From contig DXJV01000085.1 of the NCBI GenBank assembly GCA_019056785.1, positions 1 through 64,000 of the forward strand: DNA of 64,000 nucleotides. Direction: 5' to 3'. How positions within the stretch are numbered: position 1 is the stretch's first letter; the number at the start of each line of letters is the position of its first letter. The notes under the pieces were generated by a model. The model was not told the origin of the DNA, made no database searches, and was given only the letters and a program-made list of their open reading frames with translations. Source of the stretch: Candidatus Heimdallarchaeota archaeon. Lineage in GTDB: Archaea > Asgardarchaeota > Heimdallarchaeia > JABLTI01. A program made the translations under genes and the position numbers. Positions 10,814 through 19,755 of this stretch are shown one piece after another.

Positions 10814-10875
10814 ATTGTTATCTGGATCTTCTCTTCTCATTTATACTATTTTTTTTTACATCATTTGAATTTGAT

Positions 10876-11496
10876 ATGAAGCTAGAAGAAATGTTTGAAG
10901 TTATTAGAACTCTTGATTTCGATAAAAAATTACAAGTGAAAAGAGTTGATGATTGTTCCCTCTACGTTTTACGCCCTTCAAAAGTTTCAAGGCGCTTTAA
11001 AAATTACGACCCAAAAAGAAACTTTCAAGTTTGGCTTAAAGAGGGTAATGAAGAATCATTCAAACCCAATCACCTTCGAGTGCTTCTCGATTTGAATTTG
11101 AGAGTACGAAGTAATCCTGATTTGAAGGAAGTTCTCCTAGAAGCTTTTGATGCAATCTTTTATGGTGAAGATCCAATGAGTGCTATCAAGCCTTTACAAG
11201 GGATTCATTTTGAGCATTTTCTAAATCCTTTGCCTATTATTGCTCACATGTCGCAATTATTCATAATTGAACAAACTCTAGGGTACACTTCAGCAAAAAA
11301 AAGTAAATATGACCCCCCATCCTTATTCTATCAAGGGTGGGTTCGCTCTTTTATTGATGGATCTCGAGAAATTGATCAGTTATGTATGAGCGCAAGTAGA
11401 AGACAACCACCATCAATAAAATACACCAAACTCGAGAATAAAAATAGGAAGGAATATTTAGAAAATCCTCCAAAGTTATGGTATTTAAAGAAATAA
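10876..11496 (+). CDS. Hypothetical protein; candidate restriction endonuclease
   Basis: 206-aa basic soluble protein between two DNA MTases. No canonical nuclease motif recognised; function inferred from context only. Confidence 0.45.
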   Translation: MKLEEMFEVIRTLDFDKKLQVKRVDDCSLYVLRPSKVSRRFKNYDPKRNFQVWLKEGNEESFKPNHLRVLLDLNLRVRSNPDLKEVLLEAFDAIFYGEDPMSAIKPLQGIHFEHFLNPLPIIAHMSQLFIIEQTLGYTSAKKSKYDPPSLFYQGWVRSFIDGSREIDQLCMSASRRQPPSIKYTKLENKNRKEYLENPPKLWYLKK

Positions 11497-11552
11497 AACA
11501 AAATCAATTAAAGCTTGAAAGATTTTAGTTAGATTGTGGTGTTTTTATCTTC

Positions 11553-12476
11553 ATGTGTCAAGAATATATTGAAATGATGGCTGTAACTGGAAAAGATTTC
11601 TCAACATTTAAACAAGCAAATAAAAAAGTGGTTATAGACGATGTTGAAATTGAAATTGGAGCTTATAAGAAAATCACCGAATTGCAACCAAAAGATTTCG
11701 CGTTAGAAATAACCAATGTTTGGAGCTTCCCAAAACGAGGGAAGTGGGCTACACACTATCTCAATGCTAAATATCGGGGTAATTGGGCTCCCCAAGTACC
11801 GAGGAATCTTATTTTAAGATATTCTAAAGAAGGTGAGATTGTACTCGATCCCTTTGTTGGCTCAGGGACAACATTAATAGAATGCAAACTAACGAACCGT
11901 CGGGGAATAGGAATTGATATCAATCGTGAAGCAGTGATGCTTGCCTTGGACAGATTAGACTTTGAGACATTACACGATGATTACCTTGAGCAAAAAGTCT
12001 TTCAAGGAGACGCCCGGAACTTGAATTTTCTAACAGATGAAAGCATTGACTTGATTGTTACTCATCCTCCTTATGCTAATATTATTGGTTACTCAAAACT
12101 ATCAAAAAAAGAGGGTGACCTTTCAAAAGTAAGTTCGATAGATGAATTCTGTGAAGAAATGACAAAAGTTGCTAAAGAATTTTTTCGCGTGCTCAAACCT
12201 GGGAGGTATTGTGCCATATTAATTGGTGACACCCGCCGGCAAAAACACCAAGTGCTAATTTCTTTTCGAGTGATGGAGAAATTTCTCGAGGTAGGATTCG
12301 CTTTGAAAGAGGACATCATTAAAATTCAACATAATACTAAAACTGAGCACCTGTGGCGAAAGCAATCCATTAAAAGTAACTTCCTTCTTTTAGCTTATGA
12401 GCACTTGTTTATTTTTCGTAAGCCTGAAGCAAAAGAAACTGAACGCCGCGTTCGAGAAAGTAAGAAATGGTGGTAA
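11553..12476 (+). CDS. N4-C/N6-A DNA methyltransferase
   Basis: VWSFPKRG.WATH, YRGNWAPQVPR, LDPFVGSGTT (SAM binding), THPPY (catalytic), VLKPG. Confidence 0.85.
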   Translation: MCQEYIEMMAVTGKDFSTFKQANKKVVIDDVEIEIGAYKKITELQPKDFALEITNVWSFPKRGKWATHYLNAKYRGNWAPQVPRNLILRYSKEGEIVLDPFVGSGTTLIECKLTNRRGIGIDINREAVMLALDRLDFETLHDDYLEQKVFQGDARNLNFLTDESIDLIVTHPPYANIIGYSKLSKKEGDLSKVSSIDEFCEEMTKVAKEFFRVLKPGRYCAILIGDTRRQKHQVLISFRVMEKFLEVGFALKEDIIKIQHNTKTEHLWRKQSIKSNFLLLAYEHLFIFRKPEAKETERRVRESKKWW

Positions 12477-12498
12477 TGTTATTCTTTGCTGATTGTTC

Positions 12499-13584
12499 TT
12501 ATGTTTCATTTAATTTTCTGGTAGTAGAAATAAGAGTTGTAATTCTTTTTTCAAATTGTTTGTCAAAGCAGAGAAATTCCAGTCGTTTATTTTCCCAGTC
12601 GTTATGTTCTTTTCCTTTATAATAAATTCTGAATTGAATATTATAGCTATTGATTCTTATAGTTCCTAGGAATAGAGTTAATTGATAAATTAATTTTGCC
12701 CCATTTTCTATATTGCAGTGTAGTTTTTGTGGAATTTCTTGTGGTACCTTAACTTTAATGCTTTCAAATCGATCCTTTGCCAAAGCAAAAGATTGATCAT
12801 CAGAAGTAATGTAGATAAATTTTACATCTTTTAATGAACTTTTATACTCTTCATATTCATTTATTATCGCTTGATCTTTGAGGTTTTTATCCTTCATTAT
12901 TTCATATTTCTCTTCCCCTCTTATTCTACTTTCTAATTGGGTGTAGGATTCTTCTAACGTTTTTAATTCTGAATAAATAGAATATGCTAATCTTGCTTTT
13001 CTGTCGATTTTTTCTGGGAGATAAAAATTTAGTTTCTTTAGTTTATTATTTAATTCTACTATTCCTTTACTACTTTCATTTCGCAAGAAAGCATCTCTTT
13101 CTACTAGCACCCAATTTGAGATTATATAGCTAAGAAAATTTCTCATTTGGAGGTTTTCTTTAGATGAAAATTCCTCTTCGACATAGCTACTCATTAGATT
13201 GTCTATAAGTTGATTTGTATCGAGGGCAATCAAAACCCTTTTTCGTCTATTCATTCTTTTTTTTGGTTGAAGATAGCTTTTAATCTCATTTATTAAAACA
13301 TCAATCCCTTCCGGCATTAATAATCCTGCAGAAACAACTGCTTTTTTTATGTCGTCAAATTGCGGCAATTCTTCTTGGGCTTTTTTGGAGAGTCCATACT
13401 CTTTAATTAATGTGTCAATGGATTTTTCCCAATCACTAGGTGTGGTGTTCAAATGCAATTCATTGTAATCTATGTTATACTCGAAAATTTTCTCTTTTGT
13501 GAGGGACATTAAAGATATCTTCTTTTTCCCTTTTGCACTTAATTCATTTAGTATTATTTGGATTTCAGGGTAAGAAATAATCAT
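12499..13584 (-). CDS. PIN-domain ribonuclease
   Basis: IALDTNQL, LVERD, KDQAII and YITSDD acidic PIN motifs. Its start overlaps the stop of the upstream CARF gene (ATGA). Confidence 0.75.
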   Translation of the reverse strand: MIISYPEIQIILNELSAKGKKKISLMSLTKEKIFEYNIDYNELHLNTTPSDWEKSIDTLIKEYGLSKKAQEELPQFDDIKKAVVSAGLLMPEGIDVLINEIKSYLQPKKRMNRRKRVLIALDTNQLIDNLMSSYVEEEFSSKENLQMRNFLSYIISNWVLVERDAFLRNESSKGIVELNNKLKKLNFYLPEKIDRKARLAYSIYSELKTLEESYTQLESRIRGEEKYEIMKDKNLKDQAIINEYEEYKSSLKDVKFIYITSDDQSFALAKDRFESIKVKVPQEIPQKLHCNIENGAKLIYQLTLFLGTIRINSYNIQFRIYYKGKEHNDWENKRLEFLCFDKQFEKRITTLISTTRKLNET

Positions 13585-14096
13585 TGAAACACTTCCATTA
13601 AGTCAACGCAGTTAAAATTCGTCCGAGGAATTTCGGAATACCATTTATTTTGATATTTTTCACTATCCCTTAAATGCCAGTAAATTATGTGTTGAAGAGT
13701 GATATTTTTGAATTGCTCTTTTCTTCTAAGAATTTTTATTGCAAATAAAACCCCAGAAATACTCATCGTCTTCCTCCCAGGAGTAATATCAATAACCAGT
13801 GTTTTTTTGTTATCACTCTTCTCCATGACTAAGTCAACTAGCATGTCAATATTTTTCTTAATTTCCCATTCAGAGATTATACCAGAGTTAATTTTGCATT
13901 GGCCATCAAGAAATTCATCCACCAAGGCTTGAATTGAATTCTTGATCTTATCTGAAATTAGCTCTTTGTCTGAAAATAGTAAGACTATTTCTGAAGGGAT
14001 AATCTTCTTTTTATCAATAGACGCCCAAATCGAATTAACAATTGAAAAACGGTTTACTCCACATAAAATCCAATAGGTACAATTTTCTACAGACAA
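13581..14096 (-). CDS. Stand-alone CARF-domain protein (ring-nuclease/Crn1-like or sensor)
   Basis: 171 aa Rossmann-like pattern with VIDITPGRKTMS CARF signature; GAGGT Shine-Dalgarno-like site before the TTG start. Confidence 0.7.
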   Translation of the reverse strand: MSVENCTYWILCGVNRFSIVNSIWASIDKKKIIPSEIVLLFSDKELISDKIKNSIQALVDEFLDGQCKINSGIISEWEIKKNIDMLVDLVMEKSDNKKTLVIDITPGRKTMSISGVLFAIKILRRKEQFKNITLQHIIYWHLRDSEKYQNKWYSEIPRTNFNCVDLMEVFQ

Positions 14097-14187
14097 TAAT
14101 TTGACCTCTGCTCACTTTCAACAAATAATTGTCAAAATGAAATAAAAAAGTTACTGTGAGTAAAAAGCGAAAAAAAGATTGTCTGTT

Positions 14188-14853
14188 TTATTTAGAAAAT
14201 ATGCGCGCAAAAAGCCGTCCGGTATTAGTGAGTTTTACAGTTTTATTTCGACCATCTATCGAAATTACAATCAACTCTTTTTGAGCCAGCTGCTTTAAAT
14301 GATAACTAATATTTTGTTTTGAAATCTGAAGCGCCTCATTTAAGGCAGAATTTGCTCGTTCAATTAAGCCATTTTCATGATAAATAAATGAGAGAATTTT
14401 TCGTTGCGTTTCCTCGAGTTCATGAATACTTGTTTTTGGAACTGGTAACTCAATAGTTAATTCTTTAACCCCTTTTCCTTTATTTCTAGGAATATTGCCA
14501 TCTTGAATATAATAGACATTAACCCCCAAAATGTAACCTGCTAAAAGTGCAGCAGAAGCCATTACTTTTGTGCCACCGGTAAGGTTAATGGAGATATTGT
14601 CTTTTTTGTGTTGCTTATGGAGATCCATAATTGTAATTACGACACTCTCAAGATCAAAGGCATCAACTTCGTGAATTTCACATTTAATCTCCATTTCTTC
14701 AACAACTTTTGCAATCTCTGAAGAATTTTTCCTAGAACCATCATCATTACTGCAAAGTAAAATTAACTTGTCAACAGGATAAACATTAACCCCAAGGAAA
14801 ATGGGTTCTTTTGTCAATCCGACAGTGGCAATATGCACTTCCATCGTCTTCAA
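14188..14853 (-). CDS. CARF-wHTH transcriptional regulator (Csa3/DUF6293-like)
   Basis: VHIATVG...DKLILL...SINLTGGTKVMASAALL CARF domain; C-terminal ISKQNISYHLKQL...GRNKTVKLTNTGR wHTH. ATG at 14844 is an alternative start. Confidence 0.85.
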   Translation of the reverse strand: MKTMEVHIATVGLTKEPIFLGVNVYPVDKLILLCSNDDGSRKNSSEIAKVVEEMEIKCEIHEVDAFDLESVVITIMDLHKQHKKDNISINLTGGTKVMASAALLAGYILGVNVYYIQDGNIPRNKGKGVKELTIELPVPKTSIHELEETQRKILSFIYHENGLIERANSALNEALQISKQNISYHLKQLAQKELIVISIDGRNKTVKLTNTGRLFARIFSK

Positions 14854-14888
14854 AGTCCTTTTTTCTCTCTTAGACTATTAACAGTTAT

Positions 14889-14923
14889 CTTTTATGATAA
14901 AAATCAAACTTTTATTATAAAAG
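14889..14923. promoter_or_regulatory. Tandem palindromic operator/TATA pair in a divergent promoter
   Basis: TTTTAT-G-ATAAAA (14890-14902) and C-TTTTAT-T-ATAAAA-G (14909-14923), 20 bp apart, between the CARF-wHTH gene and viperin. Confidence 0.55.
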
Positions 14924-14960
14924 GTTTTCTTTAAATATTAAATATACTTCATTACTAATC

Positions 14961-15854
14961 ATGAAACGCGGAAATTTAGAGATAAAAAAACCAATCAGCG
15001 TCAATTGGCATTTTTGGCCTTGGTGTAATATGAAATGCCGGTTTTGCTTTGCAACATTTAATGATGTCAAAAAAGTTCTACCAAAAAAGATGGCATTATG
15101 TGTTCCAAAGATGTTAAGAGACGCAGGAACAGAAAAAATAACTTTTGTAGGTGGGGAGCCAATGCTTTGTCCTTACTTGGGCGAATTATTAATTGAAGCA
15201 AAAAAGCAGGGATTAAAAACAAAAATAGTTTCTAATGGGACAGGTTTCACAAAAGAATTTTTGATAAAGTATTCTCAGTTCATTGATCAAGTTTCTCTAA
15301 GTATTGATAGTGCCAGCAACCAAATTGAAAAAGAATTGGGTAGAGGTTGGGGGGCACATGTCGACAAGATTCTCAAGGTGAGCAAATTGCTAAAAGAATT
15401 TCATATTCCAATGCAAATCAATACAACGGTAACAAAACTAACCTATACTGAAGATTTACATGAACTTATTAAAGCGCTTCAACCGTTTCGATGGAAAGTT
15501 TTTCAAGTATTAAAAATAGAAGGGCAAAATGATGGTCGAGTTGAAGAATTGTTAATAACAAAAACCGAATATGAAGAGTTTAAATTACGTCACAAAGATA
15601 TTCCGATAGCCGTTTTTGAAGATAATGAACTAATAACCGGCTCGTATATAATGCTGGACCCAGTAGGTCGGTTCTTTGATGATACCACAGGAAAACATGT
15701 TTATAGTGAGTCAATCTTCTCGGTAGGAGTGCAAAAAGCCTTCAGCCAAATCACCTGGGAGTCGCAAAAATTCTTGAAAAGAGGAGGACTATATTTTCAA
15801 AGTCCACTAAAAAAAAGTTTTAATAGTTATAATGGAAACATAATAAGGTCTTAA
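14961..15854 (+). CDS. Viperin-family antiviral radical SAM enzyme (ddhNTP synthase)
   Basis: SVNWHFWPWCNMKCRFCFATF (CxxxCxxC in viperin context), KITFVGGEP, SLSIDS, INTTV, RWKVFQVL.IEGQN, EDNELITGSYIMLDPVGRFF, FLKRGGLY. Confidence 0.92.
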   Translation: MKRGNLEIKKPISVNWHFWPWCNMKCRFCFATFNDVKKVLPKKMALCVPKMLRDAGTEKITFVGGEPMLCPYLGELLIEAKKQGLKTKIVSNGTGFTKEFLIKYSQFIDQVSLSIDSASNQIEKELGRGWGAHVDKILKVSKLLKEFHIPMQINTTVTKLTYTEDLHELIKALQPFRWKVFQVLKIEGQNDGRVEELLITKTEYEEFKLRHKDIPIAVFEDNELITGSYIMLDPVGRFFDDTTGKHVYSESIFSVGVQKAFSQITWESQKFLKRGGLYFQSPLKKSFNSYNGNIIRS

Positions 15855-15870
15855 AGGAGTTTATGAGAGA

Positions 15871-18630
15871 ATGTCAGAATTATTCTATCGAAACTTACCG
15901 GGGGTAAACTCTGATACACAAGCCCAAAAACTTATGCATCTCACCTATGAGAGTTTAGAACCATATTTCAATTATTTTCATAAATGTCGGAAAAAAATAG
16001 AGCAAAAAACAATTGAAATGACTCTCGTAAAAGTGGACTTGGAAGAAATAATCTCTGAGGAAATTTCTGTAATAAAAAGCGAACTTGTGGATGAAGAGCT
16101 AAGCTTTGAAGAAATTGAGTCTACCTTGAATTTTGAAATATACCTGGATAAAAGATTAATAAAATTTGCCAAAAAAGTTCGTAAAGAAAAATTCTTTGTT
16201 TATCAAATCGTAGAAAAAGATGATGAGTCATTTGCGAAAGAGAAAGAATCGTTTCTAAATTCTGAAGAAGTTTATTTTCATAAGAAATTTAGCAATAATA
16301 AATGTCGAATTGTTGGAATTTATGAACCATATAATTTAGTTGCTTTAGATAGAGTGTCTAAAGAGTTTAAAAATAAGGAACAAATAACGGTTTATGCAAG
16401 AGCAAGCATGTATGTTCTCGATATGATCTCAAAATCATTAAGATTCCTCCAAGATAAACCACAAGCACATAATCGTAATTTGATTAAATTGTTTGAAGAC
16501 AAAAAGTATGTTAATTTTGCGGATACGATTTTAACAAAATTTGTAGAAGATGATGAATGGCTCTTTCTAACAGAACTTGGGAGAAAAGGGACTAAAGAAC
16601 AAAGGGATTTTGTAAATATTGCTTTAACGACTTCTGATTTTGCAATATTAGAAGGTCCTCCTGGGTCAGGGAAAACTACAACAATTTGTGAGATAATCTA
16701 CCAAGGGATAAAACGTGGTAAAAGAATCTTACTTGTTGCTTCTACTCATGTTGCAGTAGATAATGTTCTAGAGAAATTATTTGATGAAGAAAAGGACTAT
16801 TACAACAAAGTTAAAGAAACAATTTTACCGATAAGAATTGGTAAACAAGACAATTGGAAAATTTCAGAGCTGGCTTCGCAGTTTCAGTTTGAAAATTTCT
16901 GGGAAGAAGAAAAAAACAGATTAATCACTTCGTTAACAAAATTAAAGGTCAAAACTCCTGCTCAAGAAGCTTTTCTAAGTTTGTTAAAACAAAAAGAAAA
17001 AAGTAAATTTGTTTCTAAATCTTTTTTAAATGCTGCAAATTTGGTCTGTGGTACCACTATAGGTATTCTAATGCACCCTGAATTAAGAAAAGTTAGATCT
17101 AAAGAAGCCATTACGCGCCCCTTTGACATGTTAATTTTGGATGAAGCTAGCAAAACAACCTTTCAAGAATTCCTTGTTCCGGCTTTAGCTGCAAAAACTT
17201 TTATTATCGTCGGAGACGTAATGCAATTACCCCCTTATGTTGAAGAAGAAGGTGTTTCATCAAACCTTGAATTTCTCTCTGAAAATAAAAATCACGATTT
17301 AGTTAATTTACATTTTAATTTAGACTCAATATATAAAAGGCATCTAAAAATTCCAAAAAGATGCTTAATCATCACTAAAAACACAAATGATTATCAACGA
17401 TACAAGTTACTTGAACAATATTATGATCGTAGTATTGCTTTTCTATACGAAGAAGATGAAACAATCGATCTTGCGACATTATGGGGTGCAGAATTTATAA
17501 TTGGAACAGAAGGAGCAATTAAAAAACATCAAGCGATTCTTCCTATAAGTTTGAGTTTTGTTAAAGAAAATTCAAATGATCTTTTGAAACCCATTGATTT
17601 TAAAGAATTAAGGCTTGAGCATTTTCAATTTACAAATAATTATTTTAAAGATAAATTCTTGAAAGAACAATCTATAAATTTTCGCCGTCAAGATGAATCA
17701 TGGGCTCATGGAATTAGCTGGCGATTAAATCGCTCATTTGAACATAGATTTCTTCAAGAAAATTTCTACGATTTGGAAATCGAGAAAAGACTTCCAAAAT
17801 GGTTAGAAGAAGATGAATTAAATGAAATCAAATTTTTCCTTGAAGATATAAAGAAAATTTCTTATCCTTCAGTTATTGAATTATTGCAAAAAGGTTTCAA
17901 AAGAAAATACCGAAAAGAAAATACTGTGCTTACTGAAGGGTTTAATGAAAGGGATCTCAAATTACGGCATCGAAAATTAATTTACCAACACAGAATGCAT
18001 CCTGACATTTCTGCTTTTTCCAGAGAAAATTTCTATGACAAAAAGGCACTTTTAGACTTTCCGGGGATTGAGGGAGAGAGAGCTCATACAATTAGAGATT
18101 ATCAGTATCATCTTTATTGGGTAGACGTTAAAGTGCCTTCAAGATACAAGTCGCGAAATGTAAATTTGAATAAATATGAAATTAAAGCTATTTTGCAAGA
18201 ACTGGGTTATCTTGAAAAATGGTTAATAAATAATCCAAAACCAAAGAATCGATTTTGGACAATTGCAATTCTTCCATTCTATAAAGCACAAGAAAACCTC
18301 TTGAGAGAACAATTACGGAAAAAATTTAAATCAAAGAGATTTCGAACATTTGTAGATAGGAAAAACAGAATTCGAATTGAACTATGCGTTATAGACAGAT
18401 TTCAAGGGCATGAAGCAGATTTCGTTTTTCTTTCTATGGTTCAAAATAGACGTGTCGGTTTTCTTGATTGCCCTAATAGATTAAATGTCGCTCTAACTAG
18501 AGGAAAATATCAAGTACTAATAGTTGGAGACAATAAATTTTTTGCCAGCGAAAATCATCGTTCTGATATTTTAAGAAAATTGGCTCGAACAACAAAATGC
18601 CTAAAAAGGATTTACAAATATGGGAGTTGA
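15871..18630 (+). CDS. Superfamily 1 helicase (UPF1/DNA2/Nam7-like, AAA_11/AAA_12)
   Basis: EGPPGSGKTT, ASTHVAVDN, ILDEAS, VGDVMQLPP, QHRMHPDIS, IDRFQGHEAD, NRLNVALTRGK. Confidence 0.92.
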   Translation: MSELFYRNLPGVNSDTQAQKLMHLTYESLEPYFNYFHKCRKKIEQKTIEMTLVKVDLEEIISEEISVIKSELVDEELSFEEIESTLNFEIYLDKRLIKFAKKVRKEKFFVYQIVEKDDESFAKEKESFLNSEEVYFHKKFSNNKCRIVGIYEPYNLVALDRVSKEFKNKEQITVYARASMYVLDMISKSLRFLQDKPQAHNRNLIKLFEDKKYVNFADTILTKFVEDDEWLFLTELGRKGTKEQRDFVNIALTTSDFAILEGPPGSGKTTTICEIIYQGIKRGKRILLVASTHVAVDNVLEKLFDEEKDYYNKVKETILPIRIGKQDNWKISELASQFQFENFWEEEKNRLITSLTKLKVKTPAQEAFLSLLKQKEKSKFVSKSFLNAANLVCGTTIGILMHPELRKVRSKEAITRPFDMLILDEASKTTFQEFLVPALAAKTFIIVGDVMQLPPYVEEEGVSSNLEFLSENKNHDLVNLHFNLDSIYKRHLKIPKRCLIITKNTNDYQRYKLLEQYYDRSIAFLYEEDETIDLATLWGAEFIIGTEGAIKKHQAILPISLSFVKENSNDLLKPIDFKELRLEHFQFTNNYFKDKFLKEQSINFRRQDESWAHGISWRLNRSFEHRFLQENFYDLEIEKRLPKWLEEDELNEIKFFLEDIKKISYPSVIELLQKGFKRKYRKENTVLTEGFNERDLKLRHRKLIYQHRMHPDISAFSRENFYDKKALLDFPGIEGERAHTIRDYQYHLYWVDVKVPSRYKSRNVNLNKYEIKAILQELGYLEKWLINNPKPKNRFWTIAILPFYKAQENLLREQLRKKFKSKRFRTFVDRKNRIRIELCVIDRFQGHEADFVFLSMVQNRRVGFLDCPNRLNVALTRGKYQVLIVGDNKFFASENHRSDILRKLARTTKCLKRIYKYGS

Positions 18631-18636
18631 GATTAA

Positions 18637-19755
18637 ATGAAGATTGTGCTAGAAAAAGAAGTTATGATTGAGAAATACCAAGTACTAATGGATATAGAAG
18701 TAGAAAAGGATCGCCCTGAAGTGTTAGCTTGGTTAAAAGTTATTAAAGAAGGAAATGAGTTAAATAACGATGTTATTCTCTACTTTCAAGAAAAGATATT
18801 CTTTGAATCACAAAAACCAAAGCAATTTATCAAGAACATTTTGCAAGAATTGGTGGTACTTGGTTTCTTGGATGAAAAGTTTAATTTAACTCAAAAAGGT
18901 TTAACAGCATTAGAGGAAGGAACTGTTTTCATACCTCAAAGCGGTATCTATGAACTTTTAGTTATTAACGATCCTTTATTTCCACAAGTAATACTAGATT
19001 ATAAAGAATTTAAACCAGACCTCCATGAAGAAAAAAAGCAATGGAAGAATAACCCTGGAAGTGTTAATTATGAAAACACAACCATCCCATCTTTTATTAG
19101 CAAATGTAAGGAGTTTGGTCCTATTAGACCCTTGAAAAATTCCGGCGAAACATTAATCAGAATTTTTAACATTAAAAAGGTAGGTAAGAAAGAAAAATTT
19201 CAAAAAAAGACCAAAGTGCGTATGGATATAGGTGAAATGACACAAATTTCTTTAAAAATTGAATACAATAAAAAGTTTCATTTTCTAGAACCTCCGAGAG
19301 ATATTGATAAAATAAAATTAGTAGAATCGATACTTCGAAAGCTCCCCTATCCTGTGGATGAAGAAGTCTATAGTGTTCTAATAAATTTTGATGAAACTAC
19401 ACCAAAAGAACGAAAAACGTTCTCTAAAAACTTCAGCTTAATAAAGGAAACCCTCTTAAATTTAGGGAAATTTGAATCTATTAAATTGATTGATGTACCT
19501 ATTCTTCCTAGTAGCTTTGATTCTGCAAAAAAATGGGCTAAGGAGTTAATTAAAAACGAGATAAATACTTTTCTTACAACCAACGAATTCGATTTAATAT
19601 CAAAAGAGATTACCCATAAAGAGGAATTTGCTATGTTTAATTTACCTAATATTTCTATTGATGAAATGCTCCTTGAGGCTTCCTTTGGTAGTCAAGTATT
19701 TTGGTTTCTTAAAGCTCCTCGAGATTTAAAGTTAGAAAAGGTGATTAGTAAATGA
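18637..19755 (+). CDS. Hypothetical protein with a probable N-terminal winged helix
   Basis: 372 aa; ILQELVVLGFLD..FNLTQKG wing motif; tightly linked to both neighbours (6-bp gap upstream, 4-nt overlap downstream). Confidence 0.55.
   Translation: MKIVLEKEVMIEKYQVLMDIEVEKDRPEVLAWLKVIKEGNELNNDVILYFQEKIFFESQKPKQFIKNILQELVVLGFLDEKFNLTQKGLTALEEGTVFIPQSGIYELLVINDPLFPQVILDYKEFKPDLHEEKKQWKNNPGSVNYENTTIPSFISKCKEFGPIRPLKNSGETLIRIFNIKKVGKKEKFQKKTKVRMDIGEMTQISLKIEYNKKFHFLEPPRDIDKIKLVESILRKLPYPVDEEVYSVLINFDETTPKERKTFSKNFSLIKETLLNLGKFESIKLIDVPILPSSFDSAKKWAKELIKNEINTFLTTNEFDLISKEITHKEEFAMFNLPNISIDEMLLEASFGSQVFWFLKAPRDLKLEKVISK

Noticed and set aside
14961-15854. MoaA or generic radical SAM assignment
   Set aside because: Viperin-specific motifs (SVNWH, RWKVFQ, SYIMLD, KRGG.Y) are present and there is no C-terminal second Fe-S cluster motif.
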